DNA from: Geopsychrobacteraceae bacterium
Lineage (GTDB): Bacteria > Desulfobacterota > Desulfuromonadia > Desulfuromonadales > Geopsychrobacteraceae
Direction of reading: 5' to 3'
NCBI GenBank assembly: GCA_963676795.2
Contig: CAXXTB010000002.1
Span: 1,216,001 to 1,280,000, forward strand
Length of the DNA stretch: 64,000 bases
The notes below the pieces were generated by a model that was not told the origin of the DNA, ran no database searches, and was given only the letters and a program-made list of their open reading frames with translations. The position numbers and the translations under genes are program-made. Shown here piece after piece: positions 38,678-48,325 of the stretch. The first letter of the stretch is position 1. Each line of letters opens with the position of its first letter.

Positions 38678-38724
38678 TCCCGCAGGTTGCGGGAACCTGG
38701 TGCCGGAGGGGGTGACCCTCCGGC
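38678..38724. other. Two intercistronic hairpins 3' of the binding-protein gene (possible mRNA stabiliser or attenuator)
   Basis: tcccgca-ggt-tgcggga and gccggaggg-ggtga-ccctccggc. Confidence 0.55.
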
Positions 38725-38739
38725 TGATCAGACGTACTG

Positions 38740-39975
38740 TTACTTTGCTGGTTGCGGGAAGACCGGAGTGTAGCCTGCGCGGCGGACCGGGGTCGGCCAG
38801 ACGGTGATGCGGTCCATGCCATGATCGGTTTTGCGGATCTGGGCGATGACCAGGCTGGCGTTCTTGTTCTGGCCGAACTCATCGAACTCGACGCAGTCAT
38901 AGGCCAGCATCTGAGCCTTGCCGTCACAGAATTTCATCTCATTGAGTGCCTTGCGGACTGCGGCAGGATCGGTCGAAGCGGCAGTTTCCAGAGCCTCCTT
39001 GACGACGTACATGGAAGCATAGGCGTCAACCGCCTCACCAGTCATGTTGTGGCCGTAGGTGGCTTTGTACTTGTCGTTGGTTTCCTTCAGGCCGACGCGG
39101 TTGAGGTCGGTTTCCCACTCGACGATGTCGAAGATGTAGTCGGCATTTTTACCGGCCGCTTCCAAAAAGGATGGGTCAGCATGGCCACCACCAGAGGTGA
39201 TGATCGCTTTGACATTGACCTTCATCTCGGCCATGGTGTTGGTCAGCAGGATGGCATCGGCAGCGTTGGAGGTCATGAAAACGACGTCCGGCTTGGAACG
39301 CTTGAGCTTGATGACGACCGGGGTCAGGTCGGAAGCGGTGCTTGGATAGGCCTCGTCGAGAACCACCTTGTAGCCCATTTCCTCGGCCATCTGACGCCAC
39401 TTTTCAGCGAAACCGGTACCCCAGTCGCCATTTTCGTAGACGAAGGCGACCTTCTTGATCTCGACATTGAATTCTTTCGACATGTCGGAGAGGAAGATGA
39501 ACTGGTCACGGGCCCACCAGGAATCCTTGGCGGCAAGGCGGAAGACGTTCTTGAAGCCGCGTTCGGTGATGGTATCACGGACCGAAACCGGAACGATGAA
39601 CGGCACGCCGTAACGCTCGGCAACCTGGGTGGTCGGGTAGGTGACGGCGGAGTTCCAGCAGCCGGTCAGCAGATCGACCTTGTCGTTGTTGATCAGACGC
39701 TCGGCTTCGGTAACACCGGTGGTCGGATCAGATTTGCTGTCAGCGAAGAACAAATCGATTTTGGCGCCGCCCAGCGCTTTGATGCCGCCAGCTGCGTTGA
39801 TCTCCTCGATGGCCATTTCACGGGCCTGTCTGCCTTGAATACCGACCGAAGCAGAAGGTCCGGATAGCGGGATGATATTACCGATCTTGACGGTTTCTGC
39901 CGCAAACGCCGAACCGGCGAACAGGGTCACCGCTGTGGCAGCGACGATGGCTAAACTTTTCTTGGTGATTTTCAT
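38740..39975 (-). CDS. LivJ/LivK-superfamily periplasmic substrate-binding protein
   Basis: Signal peptide ending AFA; KIG..IPLSG, EINAAGGIK..G, ITERGFKNVFR. Confidence 0.92.
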   Translation of the reverse strand: MKITKKSLAIVAATAVTLFAGSAFAAETVKIGNIIPLSGPSASVGIQGRQAREMAIEEINAAGGIKALGGAKIDLFFADSKSDPTTGVTEAERLINNDKVDLLTGCWNSAVTYPTTQVAERYGVPFIVPVSVRDTITERGFKNVFRLAAKDSWWARDQFIFLSDMSKEFNVEIKKVAFVYENGDWGTGFAEKWRQMAEEMGYKVVLDEAYPSTASDLTPVVIKLKRSKPDVVFMTSNAADAILLTNTMAEMKVNVKAIITSGGGHADPSFLEAAGKNADYIFDIVEWETDLNRVGLKETNDKYKATYGHNMTGEAVDAYASMYVVKEALETAASTDPAAVRKALNEMKFCDGKAQMLAYDCVEFDEFGQNKNASLVIAQIRKTDHGMDRITVWPTPVRRAGYTPVFPQPAK

Positions 39976-40044
39976 ACGTTCTCCTTTTTTCGAGTTAAGA
40001 GCATGAGCCTGCCGGATGATTCCGGCAGGCAGAGTTCCTGTCGA

Positions 40045-40162
40045 GAAGCGTTTTTTTTTCGCAAGGTCAAGGAAGGCAAGCCTTTGCGCGGAGGCGTAGC
40101 GCTAGCTACGTCGCACAAGTAGAGGCGAAGCCTGACGCAGAGATTGCGAAAAAGGGCGCTTC
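40045..40162. repeat. About 118-bp nested palindromic intergenic element (REP/MITE-like)
   Basis: Outer arms gaagcg-T9-cgcaa and ttgcgaaaaagggcgcttc; central hairpin gcgtagc-gcta-gctacgt; only one copy in the window. Confidence 0.6.
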
Positions 40163-41509
40163 CTATTTGCGAAGAACGGCGGCTGTGGCGTTCTCGATGA
40201 TCTGTAGCGCCTGTGCCAGCTGATCATCGGTCAAAACAAGTGGTGGAAGGAGGCGGATAACGTTACCGTAGATACCGGCGCTGATCACCAGCAGGCCGCG
40301 CTTGACACATTCAGCAATAACGGCAGCGGCGGTTGGCTTGTCCGGCTCTTTGGTTGCAGGGTCTTTGACAAACTCGAAAGCGATCATTGCTCCCAAGCTT
40401 CTGATGTCACCGATCTGCGGGTACTTTTCCTGCAGCTGGCGCAGGCGACCGACGATGGTCTCGCCCAGCGCCATGGCCTTGGCCGGCAGGTTCTCTTTTT
40501 CCATGTAGGCGATAGTCGCCAGGGCGGCCTGGCAGGCCAGCGGGTTGCCGCCGTAGGTGCCACCGATGAATCCCGGCCCCGGAGCGTCCATGATCTCGGC
40601 CTTGCCGACAACGGCTGAGAGCGGCATGCCGGAAGCGATCGATTTGGCGACGGTCATCAGGTCGGGAATGACACCGAAATGCTCGATGGCGAACATCTTG
40701 CCGGTTCGCGAGAAACCGGTCTGAACCTCGTCAGCGATCAGCAGAATACCGTGCTTGTCACAGATTTCGCGTAAGCCCTGCCAGTAGCCCTGCGGTGGAA
40801 TGTTGAAACCTCCTTCGCCCTGCACCGGCTCGAGGATCATGGCGGCGATGCTGCTCGGGTCGACCTCCGAGATAAAGAAGCGCTCGAAATAGTCGAGGTA
40901 AGCCTGGCAGCTCTCTTGCGCAGACACATTCAGCTGGCTGCGGTAGAGGTTCGGGAACGGAACCTTGTAGACATCCGGCGCATAGGGGCCGAAGCCGTGC
41001 TTGTACGGCTTGACCTTGCTGGTCAGGGTCATGGTCATCAGGGTGCGGCCATGGAAGCCCGATTCAAAGCTGATGATTCCGCTGCGGCCGGTGTAGGCAC
41101 GGGCGATCTTGATTGCGTTTTCGACCGCTTCGGCGCCACTGTTGACGAACATCGCTTTTTTGGCGTGATCGCCCGGGGTGATCTCGGTCAGTTTCTTGGC
41201 CAGCTCAACGTATGGCTCATACATGGTCACCATGAAACAGGAATGAAGCAACTTCTCAGCCTGTTCCTTGACGATACTGACAACCTCATCAGGACAGTGG
41301 CCGGCAGTGGTGACACCGATACCGCTGTAGAAGTCGAGGTAACGATTCCCGTCGATATCTTCGAGAATGGCACCTTTGGCCTGGTTGATGAAAATCGGTG
41401 CCGCATGGCCGATACCAGCCGCGACATACTTGGCCTTGTCTTGCAGCAGAGCTTGGGTGCGCTCGCTCGGAGCGGATGAGATCTCTGCCAGTTCGTTATT
41501 CTTGAGCAT
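40163..41509 (-). CDS. gabT: 4-aminobutyrate--2-oxoglutarate transaminase-like class III aminotransferase
   Basis: [20 protein letters not shown]...[33 protein letters not shown] lysine in [13 protein letters not shown]; start corrected to ATG 41509 after GGAGG. Confidence 0.9.
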   Translation of the reverse strand: MLKNNELAEISSAPSERTQALLQDKAKYVAAGIGHAAPIFINQAKGAILEDIDGNRYLDFYSGIGVTTAGHCPDEVVSIVKEQAEKLLHSCFMVTMYEPYVELAKKLTEITPGDHAKKAMFVNSGAEAVENAIKIARAYTGRSGIISFESGFHGRTLMTMTLTSKVKPYKHGFGPYAPDVYKVPFPNLYRSQLNVSAQESCQAYLDYFERFFISEVDPSSIAAMILEPVQGEGGFNIPPQGYWQGLREICDKHGILLIADEVQTGFSRTGKMFAIEHFGVIPDLMTVAKSIASGMPLSAVVGKAEIMDAPGPGFIGGTYGGNPLACQAALATIAYMEKENLPAKAMALGETIVGRLRQLQEKYPQIGDIRSLGAMIAFEFVKDPATKEPDKPTAAAVIAECVKRGLLVISAGIYGNVIRLLPPLVLTDDQLAQALQIIENATAAVLRK

Positions 41510-41559
41510 TCGTTTTCCTCCAGATTTAGGCTGAACACATACGTGATACACCTTCTATG

Positions 41560-41575
41560 AGCAATGGCTGTGCCA
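41560..41575 (-). promoter_or_regulatory. Sigma54 (-24/-12) promoter of the gabT-liv operon
   Basis: Minus strand reads TGGCAC-AGCCA-TTGCT, an exact match to TGGCAC-N5-TTGCW. Confidence 0.88.
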
Positions 41576-41659
41576 TGTTTTTAATTCGTCTTTAAGTATC
41601 CGGAATATATGAAGAAGATATTTTTTGCCGGGTATGCGGTATACTTTTTAAACGGGTGG

Positions 41660-41688
41660 GTCAACCATGGTTGACGCTGCTGGTTGAC
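41660..41688. promoter_or_regulatory. Candidate enhancer (UAS) for the sigma54 activator
   Basis: Perfect palindrome GTCAAC-CATG-GTTGAC plus N7-GTTGAC. Confidence 0.72.
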
Positions 41689-41874
41689 GTTGCCCGGATT
41701 TAGTGGGGGAAAAATGAACGAGAATAAATGGCTGACTAAATGTGATATCTGTTAATATGGTCGGCGGTTTGCAGGGTATTCATGAGCCAGAGGCTATGTT
41801 GTCTGTAGCTATTCTGAAAGTATTTTGTTGAAAAGATTTAAGCCGGCAGGTTTTGTGGAACTGGAGGTCTGTTT

Positions 41875-42360
41875 ATGCGAAGGGCGCTAGCGCTTGTCTT
41901 GTTTATCGTTGGTTTTGTCTGGCTGTCATCATCGGCCGCTCTGGCTGAGATCGATTCCCTGGCATCGATCCAGACCAAGTTGCAGCGGATGGGTTACGCA
42001 CCAGGCGTTGCTGACGGGATGATGGGGCCACAGACCGACAGGGCGATAAAAAATTTTCAACGTGACAACCAGTTGCCGCCGACCGGCAAGGTTGACGACA
42101 GAACCATGCAACTGTTCGACCAACGCCTGGCCGAGCAGAAGCCCGGTGCCAGCAGTAAAGCCAAGTCGCTCAGCAATCGGGCGATTCTCAAGCTCCAGTG
42201 GAAACTGGTCGACTTCGGTTACAGCCCGGGGCGACCCGATGGCTACACTGGCGAGCGGACACGCATGGCAATCAGGCAGTTTCAGCGTGACTACAAATTG
42301 CCGGTGACCGGTCTCTTTGACGAGCGGACCAGGGATCTGCTGAACGCCGGTAAAAAATAA
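41875..42360 (+). CDS. Exported protein with two PG_binding_1 peptidoglycan-binding domains
   Basis: Signal peptide ending ALA; two copies of the pattern Q..L...GY.PG..DG..G..T..AI..FQRD..LP.TG..D. Confidence 0.92.
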   Translation: MRRALALVLFIVGFVWLSSSAALAEIDSLASIQTKLQRMGYAPGVADGMMGPQTDRAIKNFQRDNQLPPTGKVDDRTMQLFDQRLAEQKPGASSKAKSLSNRAILKLQWKLVDFGYSPGRPDGYTGERTRMAIRQFQRDYKLPVTGLFDERTRDLLNAGKK

Positions 42361-42382
42361 AAAAATTATCTTGTTTGATCAG

Positions 42383-42420
42383 ACAGCCCCTTCAGGAGTG
42401 ACATTGAAGGGGCTGTTTTT
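42383..42420 (+). terminator. Terminator between the convergent PG-binding and ALDH genes
   Basis: acagccccttca...tgaaggggctgt followed by tttt. Confidence 0.75.
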
Positions 42421-42429
42421 GTTCAGGCG

Positions 42430-43857
42430 TCAATTGCGGTTGATCATGACCATCTTGATGGTGGTCATTTCGTCGATGGTGAACTTGACCCCTTCGCGGC
42501 CAAGACCTGAGAGCTTGTTGCCGCCGTAGGGGAGGTGGTCGACGCGGTAGGTGGCGGTGTCGTTGATCATCACGCCGCCGACTTCCAGGTCGTCAACTGC
42601 CTGCAGGGCCTTGTTGATGTTGTTGGTGTAGATGCCGGCCTGCAGTCCCAGTTCTGAATCGTTGATCAGTTCCAGGGTGGCGGTGAAATCGTCGTAAGGG
42701 ATCAGCGAGACGACCGGGGCGAAGGTCTCCTGGCAGACAACCTTCATATCGGCGCTGACATTGGTCAGCACGGTCGGCAGGTAGACGCTGCCTTCGGCCT
42801 TGCCGCCGCAGGCGACGACGGCACCGGCCTCTCTGGCGTCTGCAACCCACTGATCGATACGGGCGATCTCCTTCGGGTCGATCATCGGCCCGATATCGGT
42901 ATCTTTTTCGAGCGGATCGCCGATCTTCAGTGCCTTGGTCTTGGCGATGAACAGTTTGCTGAAGCTGTCGATGCAGTCCTTGTGGACATAGAGGCGCTGC
43001 AGTGAGATGCAGACCTGGCCTGAGTTGGAGAAAGCGCTGACCACACAGCGGGCGGCGGCTTTTTCCAGGTCGGCATCCGGTTCGATCATGGTCGCCGAGT
43101 TATTGCCGAGTTCCAGGCTGACCTTCTTGATCCCCGCCTTGCGGATGATCTGGTCGCCGACCGCAGGCGACCCGGTGAAGGAGATCTTCTTGACCTTGGG
43201 ATGCATGACGATGACATCGCCGACGCTGGCACCGGAACCGATGACGATATTTAAGACCCCTTTCGGCAGACCGGCCTGTTCCATGATCTCGGCGAGCAGC
43301 AGGGCACTGACCGGGGTGCTTGATGCCGGCTTGACGACCACGGTATTGCCCGCAGCGATGGCCGGCCCGACCTTGTGGGCGATCAGGTTGAGCGGGAAGT
43401 TGAACGGGGTGATGGCGCCGATAACGCCGACCGGTTCCTTGATGTAGTAGCCGATGCGGTTTTCACCGAAGGCACTGGCGTCGATCGGAATGGTTTCGCC
43501 GTGGATGCGCTTGGCTTCCTCGGCGGCGAACTTGAAGGTTTCGACGCTGCGCTGGACTTCGTTGACGGAAAATTTCCAGGCCTTGCCGACTTCCTGGCAG
43601 ATTACGGCGGCTACTTCATCCATGCGCTCCTGGAGCAGTTGTGCGGTCTTTTCGAGAATGGCGGCACGCTTGTGGGCCGGGTACTTGCGGAAGGTCTTGA
43701 AGGCCTGTGCGGCGGCTTCGATCGCTTTTTCGGTCTGGGCTTTTTCGGTGACCGGAACGGTTGCGAAGACTTCGCCGGTAAACTTATTACAGACGTCGAG
43801 GGTTTTTCCAGTTTCGATCCACTCGCCGTCGATCAGGGTTTTGTAGGATTGGGCCAT
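42430..43857 (-). CDS. NAD(P)-dependent aldehyde dehydrogenase (candidate semialdehyde dehydrogenase)
   Basis: ITPFNFP, KPAS, FTGS, catalytic Glu in ELGNN, catalytic Cys in GQVCIS, ETFAP. Confidence 0.93.
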   Translation of the reverse strand: MAQSYKTLIDGEWIETGKTLDVCNKFTGEVFATVPVTEKAQTEKAIEAAAQAFKTFRKYPAHKRAAILEKTAQLLQERMDEVAAVICQEVGKAWKFSVNEVQRSVETFKFAAEEAKRIHGETIPIDASAFGENRIGYYIKEPVGVIGAITPFNFPLNLIAHKVGPAIAAGNTVVVKPASSTPVSALLLAEIMEQAGLPKGVLNIVIGSGASVGDVIVMHPKVKKISFTGSPAVGDQIIRKAGIKKVSLELGNNSATMIEPDADLEKAAARCVVSAFSNSGQVCISLQRLYVHKDCIDSFSKLFIAKTKALKIGDPLEKDTDIGPMIDPKEIARIDQWVADAREAGAVVACGGKAEGSVYLPTVLTNVSADMKVVCQETFAPVVSLIPYDDFTATLELINDSELGLQAGIYTNNINKALQAVDDLEVGGVMINDTATYRVDHLPYGGNKLSGLGREGVKFTIDEMTTIKMVMINRN

Positions 43858-43948
43858 CTTGTGTCCTCCTGTGGGATTTGTGTCTGTTCGCTCTCCTTGA
43901 ATCTGAGCCGCGAACCGGTGCAGAAAAGAAAAATCAGTGCTGACCTAG

Positions 43949-43964
43949 AGCAAATGCAGTGCCA
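43949..43964 (-). promoter_or_regulatory. Sigma54 (-24/-12) promoter of the aldehyde dehydrogenase gene
   Basis: Minus strand reads TGGCAC-TGCAT-TTGCT. Confidence 0.88.
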
Positions 43965-44026
43965 GACGGAAATCCTGAAGAAATTGGCTGAAATCGTCCG
44001 ATTCAGGGTTGCCTGAGGTTGACGTC

Positions 44027-44055
44027 GTCAGCGCAGGTTGACCCCCCCGGTTTAC
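44027..44055. promoter_or_regulatory. Second copy of the candidate enhancer
   Basis: GTCAGC-GCAG-GTTGAC-N7-GTTTAC, same spacing as 41660-41688; extra GGTTGAC at 44017. Confidence 0.68.
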
Positions 44056-44098
44056 TTATCCTTGCAAGCTGCACAGCTGATTGAACGGCTGGCTGAGG

Positions 44099-45524
<1,426 letters not shown>

Positions 45525-45532
<8 letters not shown>

Positions 45533-47660
45533 CTGTACTCCTCGGGTCGTTGGTCCTGGGCAGTGTGATGGTGAAGCAGGCGCCTTTTCTGCCGTTATTC
45601 GCGGTGATCGTGCCGTTCATCTCATTCTCGACGATAACCTTGGCCATATACAAGCCCAAACCTGTCCCTGAAGCAATCCCTTTGGTTGTGAAATAGGGGG
45701 TGAAGATCTGCTCGACAATATGTTCCGGCATGCCGGTGCCACTGTCGCAGATGCTGATGCTGAAGTGATCCTGAGCATCGTTGAGGCGGATAGAAACCTC
45801 TCTGGGATTGTCCCTGTCCTGGGCGATCGCTTCCTCGATTGCGTCCCTGGCATTGGCCAGGATGTTGACGATAACATGAGAAAATTCACTCTGGTAACCG
45901 AATACTGCGGGCCGCTCCTCGCTCTCGGGGACCCTGAGGTCGATGCTGATGTTGGCCTGGCGATAGCTTGGTTCGACCAGCTTGACGGCGTTTTCGAGCG
46001 CCTTGATCAGCGAGAAACGTTCCTTGGTCTTGGACGGTTTGAAGAACTGGCGGAAGTCGTCGATCGTCTTCGACATGAACTGGATCTGGGTGTCGGCGTT
46101 GCTGACCAGCTTTTCGACAAACTCGCGGCTGATCATCTGATTATAGTAGGCGCTTTTCAGGCTGGAGATATAGGTCGACAGAATGTTCAGCGGCTGACGC
46201 CACTGATGGGCTATGGCTCCGAGCATTTCCCCCATAGCCGCCATCTTCTGCGCCTGGCGCAGCTGCTGCTCGGCGGTCGTGCGCTTGGAGATGTCGCGGA
46301 TGCTCATCAGGGTCAGCCGTTCGTTGTTGAGGCTCAGTTCCTTGAGGCTGACCTCGGCCGGGAATTCGCTGCCGTCATTGCGGACGAAGGTCCATTGGAA
46401 AAACTGCTGTTTGCCCTTTGTCGCTTCGTTGACCATCTGTTGCAGATGGGTCAGGCTGTCCTGACCGTCGGCCTGATATTTGGCGGAGATATCGAGCAGG
46501 TAGTTGCCGATCACGCCGTGGGGTTTGGCCTTGAGCATCTCCCTGGCGCGCTCGTTACATTCGATGATGACCAGCCCCTTGCAGATCATGATCGCGTCGT
46601 TGGCGACATGGAAGAGGGTCTGGTAGTGGGTTTCCATCGCCTTGCGCCGGGTGATGTTCCAGTTGAGATCCTGATTCATAACGCTCAGGGCATCCTGATG
46701 CTGCTGGACGGTCGACTTGAAGCGCTTGTTGTAGATAAACAGGATCAGAGCACTACCGCCGGTGATGATCAGGGCGATGATGACGACGACGGCGAGCAGT
46801 TTGATGACCGCCTGCAGGGCGGAGAGTACTGAGGTTCTGTCCGAAAGGTGATAGGCCTCTGCGGTGGTCATGGTCGTGCAGAGAATCCAGCTCCCCCCCT
46901 CTATGGTGTGATAGGCGAGGATGTTTTCCTCGTCGTTCAGGGTGAATTTATAGGTTCCCGCCCGGTTCCTGCTGAATTCGTTGATAATCTGCTTGAGGCT
47001 GGGGTCGAGATCCTGGAGACGGGCGGTCATCAGCAGGCTCTGATCCGGGTGGATCATGATCGTACCGTCTTCGGCGACGATAAAGGAATAGCCGATATTG
47101 CCGACCCTGACATTGAGGACATTGCTGACCAGCGAATCGAGAATGATGTCGCCGCTTAACACCCCGATGATTTCGTGGTTGCTGATCAGCGGCGTGGTCA
47201 TGGCAATGACCATCTTGCCGGTTGTCATGTCGATATAGGGGGGGGAGAGGGTGATGTCCTCTGTCCTGATCCCGTTGATGTACCAGGGACGTTTGCGCGT
47301 GTCGTAGCCAGTGGGCGGGACCCAGCTGGTGCCGTCGATGATGAGGCCGTTGTTCAGGCCGATATAGATATCGCTGAATTCACCGGCATTCAAGGCTTGT
47401 CTGAGAATGTTCAGCGCCAGATCGGCGTTGCTCAGGTCGCTGCCCTCGAGCTCCTGCCTGACCGAGTCGATGACTTTTTTCTGCTGGCGCAGCCACAGAT
47501 CGGTTGTCGCGGCGGCCTGGGCGACAATGGTCCGCTGCTGATCGAAGAGGGTTTTTTCGGCAATGCTGCGCGTTGCAATGTAGGTGAACCAGGACAGCAG
47601 CAGGAACAGCAGCAGGGGGGTGAAAATCAGGATGAGCAGTTTTTTGTTATAGGTTTTCAT
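45525..47660 (-). CDS. Sensor histidine kinase TM-dCache_1-TM-PAS-HisKA-HATPase
   Basis: dCache YDTRKRPWY...PYID; PAS-like DGSEFPAEVSL; AHQWRQPL, NILANARDA, DSGTG, GTGLGL; start corrected to ATG 47660; overlaps the regulator by 8 bp. Confidence 0.93.
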
Positions 47661-47813
47661 TGTTACTCTCAAGTCTGGCATACCGTTGGTTTGAGGGTAA
47701 CTCCGAAGCAATTAATGTTCCAACGGATTTTTTTGATCCGTAGTCCGGCAGGTGCAGGAAGAGGCTTCCATTGCTTGTGAAACCTCTTTCTGGTGTCTCC
47801 TGTCGTCCGCTCC

Positions 47814-48068
47814 TCAGCTGGCCTGCCTGAGAATCAGCTGGTTCAGGGCCTGGGCCAGCTGGTCAGGGCAGCTGGTGTTGTTGCGGCATTGAATCCCGCT
47901 CAGTTTGGCGATAGCCTGTTCGGCATCCATTCCCTGAACCAGTCTGCCGATCCCTTCCAGGTTGCCTTTGCAGCCGCCGATAAAGCTGACATCTTTGATG
48001 ACCTGGCCATCCATCTCAATATCGATCAGTCGCGCACAGGTGCCGGTTGTTTTATAGGTCGTTTTCAT
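47814..48068 (-). CDS. Small TSCPD-domain protein (TIGR03905-like)
   Basis: GTC...GGCKGNL...GIQC..NTSCPDQLA; start corrected to ATG 48068. Confidence 0.9.
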   Translation of the reverse strand: MKTTYKTTGTCARLIDIEMDGQVIKDVSFIGGCKGNLEGIGRLVQGMDAEQAIAKLSGIQCRNNTSCPDQLAQALNQLILRQAS

Positions 48069-48325
48069 ATTCAAGCCTTTTGTGACAAAGAAAAACTGAA
48101 GCAGATTGAAGCTGCTACTCATACCCGAGCCGCTGGTCGCTGTCAATATAATATATGAATAGTTGAATCCTTCTGATTGCCTGAGGTTGTGACATAGTCT
48201 GTCTTTCTCCTGCGATAATTTTAAAAGACCAAAATGCTCGAACTCGGGGTTTGGGTTTTCGTTGAAAAGTGCTAGAACAGCACAATTGTACAATGCGCCT
48301 GTTTCCTTTTTCCGGAGTGACGTCA

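Noticed and set aside
41649..41690. GGTTGAC half-sites resemble the Geobacter LexA box (GGTT-N2-C-N4-G-N3-ACC, from memory)
   Set aside because: The half-sites are in the opposite arrangement (GTCAACC before GGTTGAC), no full box fits here or at 44017-44055, and the context is sigma54 catabolic promoters
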